A DNA stretch of 62,978 nt, counting the filler, from an uncultured Synergistales bacterium (GTDB lineage: Bacteria > Synergistota > Synergistia > Synergistales > Aminobacteriaceae): the NCBI GenBank assembly GCA_937897575.1. It is 6 parts of 6 records of this genome, joined end to end, with 100 filler letters (N's around TTAATTAATTAA, not from the genome) between each part and the next. Parts side by side here need not be neighbours in the genome. Positions count along the whole stretch, not along the records: positions 1 to 23,948 come from CALCQG010000050.1; positions 24,049 to 34,343 come from CALCQG010000053.1; 4 more parts are not named here. One strand, 5' to 3'. The first letter of the stretch is position 1. Every line of letters begins with the position of its first letter. The position numbers and the translations under genes are program-made. Below, piece by piece: positions 17,982-27,764 of this stretch. Below the pieces are notes generated by a model. It ran no database searches, was not told where the DNA came from, and worked only from the letters and a program-made list of their open reading frames with translations.

Positions 17982-18920
17982 ATGGTCGCTGCGGCTTTTT
18001 TCAGGTCGAACGTGCAAGCGGCGCTGGCGTTGCAGGAGGATTGCCTGAGGTACATCGAACTGGAGGGAGGGCTCTCCGGTCTTGCTGTGCGTACGAAGAT
18101 CAGCGTCCCCACGGGCGGCGCGATCAGAAAGGATACGCTGGCCGATGTGGCGGGACTTGTTCCGCTCTTTGAGCAGGTAGCCGCTCAACTGGGGGGGCGG
18201 TTCAAAGTCCCCGTGACGCTCGGGTTCCCGTCGAGGGATATTCTGATCCGGGTGATCGAACTGCCCGAGATGGACCTCGACGACGCCCGCGAGGCCCTGA
18301 AATGGGACTTCGAGAAACACTTTCCCTACGCCTACGGGGACGCGGCCGTGGATATCGCCAGAGTGGAGACCCCCAGTCCTTCTCCGGGAACGATGGCCCT
18401 GCTCGTGGCATCCTGCCGCCTCCGGGCCGTGGAGACCGTCATGCGGGTCGCCGACGCCGTCGGCATGGGATTGAAGGCCATCGAACCCCTCAACGTGGCC
18501 CTGTTCAGGGGGATAACGGGGCCTCTGCCCGCCTTTGAGAAGGGACACCTCGTCCTCTTCAGCAGAGAGGGTGTTACGCAGATCATCCTCGGGTACGGCG
18601 AGAACGGCATCCTCTATCGCTCCTCCCTTCTGGACTTCAAGCGAGAGGAGAACGGCGTCGTCGAGTACAGCGCCTTCGTCCGGGAGGTCATCAATACCCT
18701 CACCTTCATCAGAAAAGAGTACCGGGGGTTGGACGTGGAGACCTTCCTGCTCGCGGGGGCTCTCGCACAGGAGACCGCCTTGGCGGAACTGCTGACGGCG
18801 GGAACAGGGCTGACGTGCATCGCGGCGAATCCGTGGAACGCCTGGGGTCTTCCTCTGCCCGAGGATGAGGAGAGCGGATGGGAGACGGTCATGGGATTGG
18901 CGGTGAGGGATATATCATGA
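17982..18920 (+). CDS. pilM: Type IV pilus alignment protein PilM
   Basis: IRVIELPEM..ALKWDFEKHFPY, GLKAIEP..VAL, C-terminal GLAVR; first gene of the MNOPQ block. Confidence 0.8.
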   Translation: MVAAAFFRSNVQAALALQEDCLRYIELEGGLSGLAVRTKISVPTGGAIRKDTLADVAGLVPLFEQVAAQLGGRFKVPVTLGFPSRDILIRVIELPEMDLDDAREALKWDFEKHFPYAYGDAAVDIARVETPSPSPGTMALLVASCRLRAVETVMRVADAVGMGLKAIEPLNVALFRGITGPLPAFEKGHLVLFSREGVTQIILGYGENGILYRSSLLDFKREENGVVEYSAFVREVINTLTFIRKEYRGLDVETFLLAGALAQETALAELLTAGTGLTCIAANPWNAWGLPLPEDEESGWETVMGLAVRDIS

Positions 18921-19555
18921 AGGTGAAGCTGGACCTGCGCCCACGGTCTCTTGTCGAGAAACAGAGTAAAAAGGTGAACATCGCGCGCATCCTCATCGTT
19001 GCTCTGTTCGTAGCCTTCCTCATGGTGGCGGGGGCGACCTTCGCGCTGAGCTTCATGAAGGTGCGGGGGATGGACGCCGAGATCGCCATGCTGAACGACC
19101 AGGTGGCGCTGCAGAAGGCGCAGAGCCTGAAGTTGGGCAACGAGATCAAACGGCTCGGCGAGACGGAGAAGATGTACCTGGATGCGTTGGCCCTCCTGCA
19201 GGAGGAGCTGCCTGCCCTCGAGTTTCTGGAGTCCGTCGAGCGCTCCCTTCCCGAGGGGGTCTGGCTCGCATCTCTGGCAATGGATGCGGGCAGGGTGACG
19301 GCGGAAAAGGGGAAACAACCCGTGCCGGGTAAGGCGACGATTCGGGGCGGCGCCTACGTGGAGAACGACGTGGTGCACTTCGCGAAGGGGTTGCAGGACG
19401 CTCCCGTCGTGTCGGCGGTGGATTTTCCTGTGACCTCGAGGGTGGAGAGGGAGGACGAGCCTGTGGCGATCGTCGATTTTACCCTGTCCTGCACCCTCAG
19501 GAACATGGAGGGGCTTCGGGTGGAAGAGGAGCCCGGAAAGGCGGTGGCGCCATGA
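18917..19555 (+). CDS. pilN: Type IV pilus alignment protein PilN
   Basis: VKLDLRP (INLLP-like), TM, coiled coil, LPEGVWLASL. Confidence 0.78.
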   Translation: MKVKLDLRPRSLVEKQSKKVNIARILIVALFVAFLMVAGATFALSFMKVRGMDAEIAMLNDQVALQKAQSLKLGNEIKRLGETEKMYLDALALLQEELPALEFLESVERSLPEGVWLASLAMDAGRVTAEKGKQPVPGKATIRGGAYVENDVVHFAKGLQDAPVVSAVDFPVTSRVEREDEPVAIVDFTLSCTLRNMEGLRVEEEPGKAVAP

Positions 19556-20052
19556 CGACGGCGCGAAGGGACGGCCTTGTCTTTCTTATCCTCCTTATGT
19601 TTTTCTCCGGCCTTCTGTACGGAGCGCACCGGTACGTCGGTGAGATGAGCGAGAAGAAGAACGCCATACGGGATCTGGGAACGCAGAGCATGGCGCTGGA
19701 GCGCCAGCTTCAGATGCAGACCCGCCAGATCGGGGTCTTCAAGAAGAGCATCGCGCAGCTCGAGGGCTATCAGATGAATATCCCCGAGAACGAGGTGGAC
19801 TTCTACTCGCTGGTCCAGCAGGAGATGACGAGAAACGGAGTCCGGAGCAACGTGATGAAGCCCGTGAACGTGGAGGCGGGCAGGAGAGGCGTGCAGATAG
19901 ACTTCGAAGGCCCGTACTACTCCTTTGTCCGCACGCTTGCGGATTGGCGCGACATGAAGGTGGCGGTGCGCCTGACGTCCGTCGCCCTGAACTCGGTGGA
20001 GAACGGCGACGCCAAAGGCGTAGCCGTCATCCAGTCCGTTCTGAAGAAGTAG
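19552..20052 (+). CDS. pilO: PilO-like alignment protein
   Basis: TM plus coiled coil plus IDFEGPYYSFVRTL; synteny. Confidence 0.68.
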   Translation: MTTARRDGLVFLILLMFFSGLLYGAHRYVGEMSEKKNAIRDLGTQSMALERQLQMQTRQIGVFKKSIAQLEGYQMNIPENEVDFYSLVQQEMTRNGVRSNVMKPVNVEAGRRGVQIDFEGPYYSFVRTLADWRDMKVAVRLTSVALNSVENGDAKGVAVIQSVLKK

Positions 20053-20682
20053 GTGAGGGCGATGCAGAACTCCTTTCAGGAAGAGAGCTTCACCAGGAGG
20101 CTCATAGCAGGCGAGGGGGGGTACGGGACGCTTCGTCTGGTGGCAATCGCGCTGCTCCTCGCGGGAACAGCATGGTCGGGCTATCTTTTCAAGCAGTACG
20201 TGGACCACGCCGTTGAAACGCCGCTCGTCGCTCCGGCCATGCAGGATCTGGCCTCGAAGGACCAGGAGCGCCTGGACAGTTTGGTGCAGCGCTTCAGCGA
20301 CACCAAGACGGTCCGCATGCGGGGCGTCATGGTGGCAAATTCGATCGTGAACGGGAATCGCGAGCCCTTCGTCAGAACGTACAGCGAAGCGATGCTGGAA
20401 GCGCAGGCCCAGCCGGCGGCGGCCGGCGCGGAAACGATGGAGCAACCGGTGATCCCGGCCTATATTCCCGAAAAGATGCCGCCCATCATGTTTGTCCGGG
20501 CCGTCATGGTGGTGGAGAAGACGGCCATGGCCATCATGGACATCGAGGGCGTGGGGACGGGGATCATTGTCCGGAAGGGGTACACGTTCAACGGCGGAGA
20601 GGGCAGGGTGCTTCATATCGGACCGGACAAGGTGACGGTCCAGTGGTCGGGAAAGAAAATGGAAATAGCCCCGGGGCTATAA
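20053..20682 (+). CDS. PilP-like protein
   Basis: TM, NREPF motif, C-terminal beta domain (IVRKG..GRVLHI); directly upstream of the secretin. Confidence 0.6.
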   Translation: MRAMQNSFQEESFTRRLIAGEGGYGTLRLVAIALLLAGTAWSGYLFKQYVDHAVETPLVAPAMQDLASKDQERLDSLVQRFSDTKTVRMRGVMVANSIVNGNREPFVRTYSEAMLEAQAQPAAAGAETMEQPVIPAYIPEKMPPIMFVRAVMVVEKTAMAIMDIEGVGTGIIVRKGYTFNGGEGRVLHIGPDKVTVQWSGKKMEIAPGL

Positions 20683-20698
20683 GAGGAGGACGTGTACT

Positions 20699-22474
20699 AT
20701 GAAGATGCTTTCGAGATCCCTTGCAGCGCTGTTCATCCTTGTTTTCCTATTCTCTCCGGCCCTTTCCCCTGCGGCGGATATGGAGCGCCAGGATGTCTCC
20801 CAGAACGAGTCGAAAAAGAAAGAGGACCCCTACAAGAAGCTCCCGCCCATAGGCGGACTCACCGTCCGGCAGATGGGGTCCGACACGCTGGTCGCCGAGC
20901 TGACGGGGACATCTCTTCCGCGCCCGGAAGTGCTCTCCGTTGCACCGGACAAGGTGGTCTTCTCGGTGCCCGGCGCCTACCTCGCCGCCAAGAAATGGGA
21001 GCGGGGGCTCGACCTGCCGCTGGCGGTCCGGGTTGCGGCCGTTCAGGAGGAGGCGAACGTCGTGTTCACCCTGTTCGTGACGGAGAATCTGACGCTGAAG
21101 ACCATGAGCGGGATGTCCCCGGCGAACAAATATATCCTGCGGTTTACGACGGCCAACTTCGAGGCCCGCGATCAGGTGGCGAAGACCGTGGCGTCCGAGG
21201 TCGCACCAAAGGCCGCCCCGGTGCCGGGGGACCCCTTCATGAAGACGGTGCCCGTGACCCTCGACCTCAGAGACGTGGAGCTCCGGGACGTCTTCCGGAT
21301 GCTCGGAGAGTATGCCAACATGAACATCGTGACGGACCCGTCGATCCCCAACACCCTCGTCACCATGACGCTGCGGGGGGTCCCGCTGAACGAGGCCATG
21401 AACTACCTCATGCGCATGTACGGCGTGACCTACGCCCTCATGGGCAGGACGATCATCGTCGGGACGGCGGACAATCTGGGCAAGTCCCTCGGAAAGGAGT
21501 CCATGAGGGAGTACCGGATCGCCTACGCCGATATGAAGTCCGTGGGGGGGCTCCTTCAGGGGCTGACGGGCGTGACGAATGTGGTGGCCGACGAGCGGCT
21601 GAGGACGCTCTACGTGACGGGGCGGGCGGAGCAGCTCGTGGAGGTGGAAAAGATCCTGCAGCGTCTGGACCATCCGGGGCGGCAGGTGATGCTCCAGGCC
21701 AGGATCGTCGAGGTCACGGACAGCGCCAAGGATGAACTCGAGACGATCATCGACGCCGTGTACAACCGATGGTGGCTGAACTACAGCAGTGCCGGGCTGG
21801 GAACGGGCTACGTCTACGCCGACAACCCGGCTGCCTACACGCCTCAGACGGGGGACAGCCGTCTTCCTCCCCTTGCGCCCTTCACCAAGGGCGGCCTGGT
21901 GAACATCGCGAGCGAATCTCTGACGAGACTCCTCGACGTAGGCCTGAAGGCCCTCGTCACGAAAAACAAGGGGAAGGTGCTCGCCGATCCGTCGGTCATC
22001 ATGCTGGACGGACGGAAGGCCACCATCAAGCTCGTGGAGAACTACCCCTACATCTCCGAACGGGACGACGCGGGGAACCCGACGTGGCAGGAGAAGGAGG
22101 TCGGACCCCGGCTCGAGGTGACGCCTTTCATCGGCCGTGATGGCATGGTGACGCTGGACCTGAAGATCTCCACGGGGGAGATCATCGGGACCTATCGGGG
22201 CCAGGCGGGCGAACAGTTCCCCCAGACGACGAACCGCGAGGTGAACACGTCCATACGGGTCCGTGACGGGGAGCCCTTCGTCGTGGGCGGGCTGTACAAG
22301 GACCAGAAGAAGTCCGAGACCCACAGGATTCCCATACTGGGGGACATCCCGCTCCTCGGGCTGCTCTTTCAGTTCAAGTCCAACACCAGGGACAAGACGG
22401 AGGTTGCCATGATCGTCATCCCCTATATCCTCGACATCCCCGACACGGTGGTGGAGAAGACGATTCTGAGATAG
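20699..22474 (+). CDS. pilQ: Type IV pilus secretin
   Basis: Signal peptide, VTLDLRDVELRDVF, QVMLQARIVEV, VGPRLEVTP, IPILGDIPLLGLLF. Confidence 0.92.
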   Translation: MKMLSRSLAALFILVFLFSPALSPAADMERQDVSQNESKKKEDPYKKLPPIGGLTVRQMGSDTLVAELTGTSLPRPEVLSVAPDKVVFSVPGAYLAAKKWERGLDLPLAVRVAAVQEEANVVFTLFVTENLTLKTMSGMSPANKYILRFTTANFEARDQVAKTVASEVAPKAAPVPGDPFMKTVPVTLDLRDVELRDVFRMLGEYANMNIVTDPSIPNTLVTMTLRGVPLNEAMNYLMRMYGVTYALMGRTIIVGTADNLGKSLGKESMREYRIAYADMKSVGGLLQGLTGVTNVVADERLRTLYVTGRAEQLVEVEKILQRLDHPGRQVMLQARIVEVTDSAKDELETIIDAVYNRWWLNYSSAGLGTGYVYADNPAAYTPQTGDSRLPPLAPFTKGGLVNIASESLTRLLDVGLKALVTKNKGKVLADPSVIMLDGRKATIKLVENYPYISERDDAGNPTWQEKEVGPRLEVTPFIGRDGMVTLDLKISTGEIIGTYRGQAGEQFPQTTNREVNTSIRVRDGEPFVVGGLYKDQKKSETHRIPILGDIPLLGLLFQFKSNTRDKTEVAMIVIPYILDIPDTVVEKTILR

Positions 22475-22477
22475 AGC

Positions 22478-22513
22478 AGGGCGGCGAGACCGGGCGTCGC
22501 GCCTCGCCGCCCT
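22478..22513 (+). terminator. Stem-loop ending the pil operon
   Basis: AGGGCGGCGAG ... CTCGCCGCCCT inverted repeat directly after the pilQ stop; no clear U-tract. Confidence 0.5.
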
Positions 22514-22648
22514 CGCCTCCGTCCCAATATTGGCGAAATGGCGCTTCTCCCTGTATAATTATGACCGTTCCCCGCGACCGTCCGGCCGAAGAGGGCAGGG
22601 ATGTCTGTGTGGGTGCGCTCTGAAGCTGACAGTGGGAGGTAGGGTACA

Positions 22649-23221
22649 ATGGCTGTAATAGTGGATACGTCCGATTTCTACATTGGGATGAAGATTCGGT
22701 GGCAGGACGGCATATGGGAGATCATGGACTTCCATCTGCACAAGATGGGACGGGGCGGCGCCAGGGTTCCGACGAAGCTGAAGAACCTCGAGACGGGGGC
22801 CATCATAGAAAACGGCTTCCGGTCGGGGGACAAGTTCGAGCGCATCGTCTACGACGAGAAACCCGCCCAGTACAGCTACATGGAGGGTGACAGCTACGTC
22901 TTCATGGACCTCGCGTCCTACGACCAGCTTCCCATATCCCGGGAGGTTCTGGGGTCCGTGGTGGACTACCTGGCCGAGAACCTCGAGGTCCAGATCCAGT
23001 TCTTCGAGGGCAAGATCATGGGCATAGAGATTCCGAAGAGTGTGGAGCTTGAGGTCATCGACACACCGCCGGGTTTCAAGGGCGATACGGTCTCGAGCAG
23101 CGGGAAACCGGCCAAGCTCGAGACGGGATTGACCATTACCGTGCCGCTTTTCATCAACGTGGGTGATACAATAATCGTCGACACCCGATCGGGGCAGTAC
23201 ATCGAGCGGGCGAAGAAATAA
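22649..23221 (+). CDS. efp: Elongation factor P
   Basis: HKMGRGGA loop, TPPGFKGDT, KPAKLETG, VPLFINVGD, DTRSGQYIER; TATAAT at 22554-22559 upstream. Confidence 0.97.
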   Translation: MAVIVDTSDFYIGMKIRWQDGIWEIMDFHLHKMGRGGARVPTKLKNLETGAIIENGFRSGDKFERIVYDEKPAQYSYMEGDSYVFMDLASYDQLPISREVLGSVVDYLAENLEVQIQFFEGKIMGIEIPKSVELEVIDTPPGFKGDTVSSSGKPAKLETGLTITVPLFINVGDTIIVDTRSGQYIERAKK

Positions 23222-23245
23222 TCTGATAAAAGGGGGCGGACGAGC

Positions 23246-23668
23246 ATGAGCGCACGGGAAAAGATTGCCTATCTGAAGGGGCTGCTCGATGGTCTGGGAC
23301 CTGTCAAGGACGAGGGACAGAACAAGATTTTCAGTGCCGTACTGGATGCGCTCGATGCCCTTGCGCAGGAGATGGAGGACCACGGCGAGATCATAGAGGA
23401 GCAGAAGGAGCTCTACGAGGATCTTGCCGACGACTGTGCACTTCTGGACGAGGACCTCGATGCCCTGGAAAAGGCCTTCGCCGTGTATTCGGAGGAGGGC
23501 GCTCTGGATGACGACGATGACGACGTGGAGGACTTCGAGGAGAGCTATCTCTCCGTCACCTGTCCATCGTGCGGCTATGTGTTCTACTACCAGCCCGACG
23601 AGTACGAGGACGGGGAGCAGCTGCAGTGTCCCAGTTGCGGCACAAGTTTCGATCAGCAGAATTGTTGA
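23246..23668 (+). CDS. CD1247-like N-terminal domain / zinc-ribbon protein
   Basis: EKIAYLKGLLDG N-terminus, acidic stretch, CPSC..CPSC; commonly downstream of efp. Confidence 0.75.
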   Translation: MSAREKIAYLKGLLDGLGPVKDEGQNKIFSAVLDALDALAQEMEDHGEIIEEQKELYEDLADDCALLDEDLDALEKAFAVYSEEGALDDDDDDVEDFEESYLSVTCPSCGYVFYYQPDEYEDGEQLQCPSCGTSFDQQNC

Positions 23669-23707
23669 CGGTGGGCGAGAAGCAGTCTGTGAAGGGAGGT
23701 CTTGTGC

Positions 23708-23948
23708 ATGGAGGAGATGTATCGGCAGCATGAACCGGAAGGACAGGACGCAGCCCGGCAGGACCAGGTTCTGAACGAGCCGCCTCTGGACCAGGCGGCG
23801 GAGACGCAGCCCTCGGTGAACGGTGCGGTCCATATCAGCGAGGAGGTCATCGTGGAGCTCGCCAAGAAGACCCTTGCCTCCATTGCTGGAGTTCAGCCCG
23901 CGAGCCAGAGCATTGCCTCCAAGTTCGGCATAGGCAGAAAGTCCGGCG
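23708..23948 (+). CDS. Asp23/Gls24 family envelope stress protein (truncated by gap)
   Basis: GAVHISEEVIVELA..IAGV motif. Confidence 0.7.
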
Positions 23949-24048
23949 NNNNNNNNNNNNNNNNNNNNNNNNNNNNNNNNNNNNNNNNNNNNTTAATTAA
24001 TTAANNNNNNNNNNNNNNNNNNNNNNNNNNNNNNNNNNNNNNNNNNNN
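23949..24048. other. Artificial contig linker
   Basis: N44-TTAATTAATTAA-N44 (stop codons in all six frames). Confidence 0.98.
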
Positions 24049-26907
24049 GGAAACAGGGCGCTCGCGTTGCAACGCGGTGAAACGATCGCCCAATGGGCGG
24101 ATGCCGGCGGTGTCCTCGTCAGCACGGGCGGCGCCCTTCTCGCCCCTCTTGCCAGCGGGACGAAGGACCTCCGCATCGAGGTGGCGGGGGAGTACAACCG
24201 CAACGGGCTGCTCGACTGGCTTGTGCATGCCGGATATGTCCGGTCGGACGTGGTCTGGTCCCCCGGGCAGTTCGTCTTCCGAGGCTACATCCTGGACCTT
24301 TTCGACCCGGCCTATGCCTATCCGCTGCGCATCGAATTCTTCGACGATGTGGTGGAGAGCATACGGAGCTTCGCCCCTCGAACGCAGCAGAGCGTGGGCG
24401 TCCTTCCCTCCATGGACATCCACTCCCTGAATCAGTCCAAGGACAGACACCTTCACGAGCTCCTCCCGGCCGAGACGATGCTCCTGTACGTCGAGCCCTC
24501 GCGGATCGAGCTGGCAGCGGAGACCTACGCGGGGATGTGGAACGACATAGCCCTCTCGATGGGGGAGCAGCCCCTCCCTCCCTGGCAGGAAACGGCCCTT
24601 CGCCTGGCGGTACACCCCCGCCTTCGGCTGACCTCCGCGGTGCAGCAGACGGTGGCCGCCCTCTCGCTGGAGGAGATCCCCCTTTTCAGGGGCAATCTCG
24701 ACGCCTTCCGGTGGACCTGCTCAACCTGGCGCGAGGACGGTTACCACATACGGTTGGTGACCACCAACCCCCGTCTGCTCTCCTACGATGCCCGCTCGGA
24801 CCTGTCGATCGTCGAGGGGACCCTCTCCCGGGGGTTTCTCGATTCCTCCGAACGGGTCGTCTACGTGTCGGACCTCGAACTCGCGGGCATATCGGAGAGA
24901 ATACCCTCCCCTGCGGGTTTCGCCCAACCTCCGAAGGAGTGGCACGACCGCTTCACCGAGGGGCAGCTGCTCATTCACGAGGAGTACGGCCTCTGCGCCT
25001 TCCGCGGGTCGGAGGAGGTGCGCGTCTCGGGAGAGGTGATGGACAGCCTGATCCTCGAGTTCGCCAACAACCAGAGGCTCTTCCTTCCGATCCTGCACCT
25101 GTACAAGATAACGCCGCTCCCGGACCATGTGGGCGAGGAGGTCCGCCTCGACTCCCTGAAGGGCGTCCGCTGGAGAAAGCGGATCGCCAAGACCAGAGAG
25201 CGCGTCCGGGAGGAACTTCAAGGGTTGGTGGCCCTCTATGCCAGGCGCGAGCTTGTCCGAGGCGTCGCCTTTCCTCCGAAGGACGACCTCTTCGAGGAGT
25301 TCGAAGAGGCCTTCCCCTTTCCCGAGACGAGGGATCAGTTGGCGGCCATCGCCGACGTGTCGCGCGACATGGAAAGCGCCTATCCCATGGATCGCCTCCT
25401 CGTCGGGGACGTGGGCTACGGAAAGACGGAGGTGGCCATCCGGGCCGCCTTCAAGGCGGTCCAGGGGGGAAAGCAGGTCGCCGTCCTCGTCCCCACCACA
25501 ATTCTGGCGCAGCAGCACTACCACTCCTTTCTCGCACGACTGACGGGCTTCCCCGTCCGGACGTCGCTCCTCTCCCGGTGCAGCACGAGGAAGGAGCAGT
25601 CCGCCGTGCTGAAGGATGTGGAGGAGGGGCGGACGGACATCCTCATCGGGACGGCCCGGATGCTCCAGAAAGACGTTCGTTTCAAGGACCTCGGGCTCAT
25701 CGTGGTCGACGAGGAGCATCGCTTCGGCGTCCTCTCCAAGGAGAAGCTCAAGGTCACCCGAGAGAACGTGGACGTGCTCATGCTCTCCGCCACGCCCATC
25801 CCCCGGACCCTGGCCCTCTCTCTGAAGGGGATGCGAAGCATCTCGGTGCTGAACGACCCGCCCAGGGACAGGGGGACCGTCCTCACGACCGCCGGCCCAT
25901 GGAACGCCGCCATCGTCCGGGGCGCGATCGCGCGGGAAGTGGAGCGGGGCGGCCAGATCTTCTACGTCACGAACCGGATCGCCCGGGTCCAAAGCTGCGT
26001 GGAGTATCTCACGGCGCTCTTCCCCGACCTGTCCATAGCGTCCGCCCACGGCCGGATGAAGGAGAAGGAGCTGGAGGACACCATGCTCGACTTCTATCAG
26101 GGCAAGATACAGATCCTCGTCTGTACGACCATCGTGGAGAGCGGGCTCGACGTCCCGGGAGCGAACACGCTCATCGTGGAGAACTGCCAGGAGCTCGGGC
26201 TGGCGCAGATGTACCAGCTGCGAGGGCGCGTCGGCCGTCGTGAGGAGTCCGCCTTCGCCCTCTTTCTCTACCCCGAGGGGCAGCCTCTGGGGCGGGAGAC
26301 CCTTGAACGGCTCGACTCGATCACGACGCTCACCACAGGCGCGGGGTACGACCTGGCCCTCCAGGACCTCAGAATCCGCGGCAGCGGTAGCCTGATAGGC
26401 ACCTCGCAGCACGGCGCCGAAGGCAACTCCGTCGACTCCTACCTCTATTACGCCATGCTCGAGGAGGAGATAGGAAAACTGCGGGGCGAAATGTCCACAG
26501 CGGCCGAGGTAACCGTCGACATCCCGTGCCTGGTGCCGTCGTCCTACATTCCGCAGGAGAGCATCCGAATCACCCTCTACCGAAGGCTGCTCCGGGTCGA
26601 GGGACTTCACGACCTCGCCTCGCTGGCGCGGGAGGTACAGGATCGCTTCGGCCCCATCCCCGAGGCGCTTCGCGCCCTGATGGACGTCTCGTTCCTGCGG
26701 GCGGCGGGCGGACGATACGGAGTGACCTCCGTGGATCTGTCCAGAAAGGAGATCGTCCTTCGGGGACGGGCGGAGCTTCTGGACGAACTCAAAAAAAAGC
26801 GTTTCTGGTATAGAATGAGTGACAAAATCGTGGGACCAGGAGGGTATGCCGGCCTGTCCCAGCTCATTCACGTTCTGCGAAACATGAGGGAGGATGAAGT
26901 CCAGTGA
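24049..26907 (+). CDS. mfd: Transcription-repair coupling factor (5'-truncated)
   Basis: PMDRLLVGDVGYGKTEVA, VDEEHRFG, LSATPIPRTL, QLRGRVGR, DLRIRGSG, TRCF C-terminus. Confidence 0.95.
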   Translation, partial: GNRALALQRGETIAQWADAGGVLVSTGGALLAPLASGTKDLRIEVAGEYNRNGLLDWLVHAGYVRSDVVWSPGQFVFRGYILDLFDPAYAYPLRIEFFDDVVESIRSFAPRTQQSVGVLPSMDIHSLNQSKDRHLHELLPAETMLLYVEPSRIELAAETYAGMWNDIALSMGEQPLPPWQETALRLAVHPRLRLTSAVQQTVAALSLEEIPLFRGNLDAFRWTCSTWREDGYHIRLVTTNPRLLSYDARSDLSIVEGTLSRGFLDSSERVVYVSDLELAGISERIPSPAGFAQPPKEWHDRFTEGQLLIHEEYGLCAFRGSEEVRVSGEVMDSLILEFANNQRLFLPILHLYKITPLPDHVGEEVRLDSLKGVRWRKRIAKTRERVREELQGLVALYARRELVRGVAFPPKDDLFEEFEEAFPFPETRDQLAAIADVSRDMESAYPMDRLLVGDVGYGKTEVAIRAAFKAVQGGKQVAVLVPTTILAQQHYHSFLARLTGFPVRTSLLSRCSTRKEQSAVLKDVEEGRTDILIGTARMLQKDVRFKDLGLIVVDEEHRFGVLSKEKLKVTRENVDVLMLSATPIPRTLALSLKGMRSISVLNDPPRDRGTVLTTAGPWNAAIVRGAIAREVERGGQIFYVTNRIARVQSCVEYLTALFPDLSIASAHGRMKEKELEDTMLDFYQGKIQILVCTTIVESGLDVPGANTLIVENCQELGLAQMYQLRGRVGRREESAFALFLYPEGQPLGRETLERLDSITTLTTGAGYDLALQDLRIRGSGSLIGTSQHGAEGNSVDSYLYYAMLEEEIGKLRGEMSTAAEVTVDIPCLVPSSYIPQESIRITLYRRLLRVEGLHDLASLAREVQDRFGPIPEALRALMDVSFLRAAGGRYGVTSVDLSRKEIVLRGRAELLDELKKKRFWYRMSDKIVGPGGYAGLSQLIHVLRNMREDEVQ

Positions 26908-27764
26908 AGGAAGAGGAGAGCGGTGCGCTCTTTCGACGGTTGCTCTCGGTCATGGCGACGTTGCGCGCCCCGGGCGGATGTCCGTGGGACAGGGAGCAGA
27001 CCATCGAGAGCCTGCGGACCTACATCACCGAGGAGTCCTACGAGCTCGTGGACGCCATCGGTCGGGGAGAATACGGCGATATCTGCGAGGAGTGCGGCGA
27101 CGTGCTCCTGCAGGTAATCTTTGTCGCCCAGATCGCATCGGAGACGGGGCGCTTCTCCATTGAGGACGTTCTCGCCGGCCTCGTCGAAAAACTCGTCCGG
27201 CGGCACCCTCACGTCTTCGCCGGGAGTGACGCTCGGACGAGCGCCGACGTTCTCCAGAACTGGGAGGAGATAAAGACCAGGGAGAAGCAGCGGCGGAAAA
27301 AGGATCCTTCGCTGCTCGCGGGGGTGCCTGACGGCCTTCCCCCCCTCGCCAAGTCGTTCCGCATCCAGGCAAAGGCGGCTCATGTGGGATTCGATTGGGA
27401 AAAGGGCGATTTCGCGCCACTTTATGGTAAAGTGGAGGAGGAAATTTTGGAGCTGAAGGACGCTCAGTCCTCCGAGCAGTTGGATTGTGTGGAGGATGAG
27501 GTCGGTGATTTGTTGTTCGCCGTGGTCAATCTGGCCCGGCATCTGGGCGTGAACCCGGACTCCGCTCTCTCCCGGGCGAACCGGAAGTTTACCGGGCGCT
27601 TCGAGTTTGTCGAAGGCCAGGTTACGGAGAGCGGACGGCCGTGGAAGTCCTTCACTCTTGATGAACTGGAGACGTTCTGGCAGGAGGCGAAAGGCGCCTG
27701 CCGGTTGTCTGCATGCACGGACGGGGACGACATGAGCATGGGAGGGAACGATCATGAGCAGTGA
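26904..27764 (+). CDS. mazG: Nucleoside triphosphate pyrophosphohydrolase MazG
   Basis: GCPWDREQT, EESYEL, EECGDVLLQV, RRHPHVF, EVGDLLF. Confidence 0.95.
   Translation: MKEEESGALFRRLLSVMATLRAPGGCPWDREQTIESLRTYITEESYELVDAIGRGEYGDICEECGDVLLQVIFVAQIASETGRFSIEDVLAGLVEKLVRRHPHVFAGSDARTSADVLQNWEEIKTREKQRRKKDPSLLAGVPDGLPPLAKSFRIQAKAAHVGFDWEKGDFAPLYGKVEEEILELKDAQSSEQLDCVEDEVGDLLFAVVNLARHLGVNPDSALSRANRKFTGRFEFVEGQVTESGRPWKSFTLDELETFWQEAKGACRLSACTDGDDMSMGGNDHEQ

Noticed and set aside
23949..24048. Recurrent TTAATTAATTAA palindrome (five copies in the window)
   Set aside because: Always centred in N44 runs; a standard six-frame-stop contig linker, not biological
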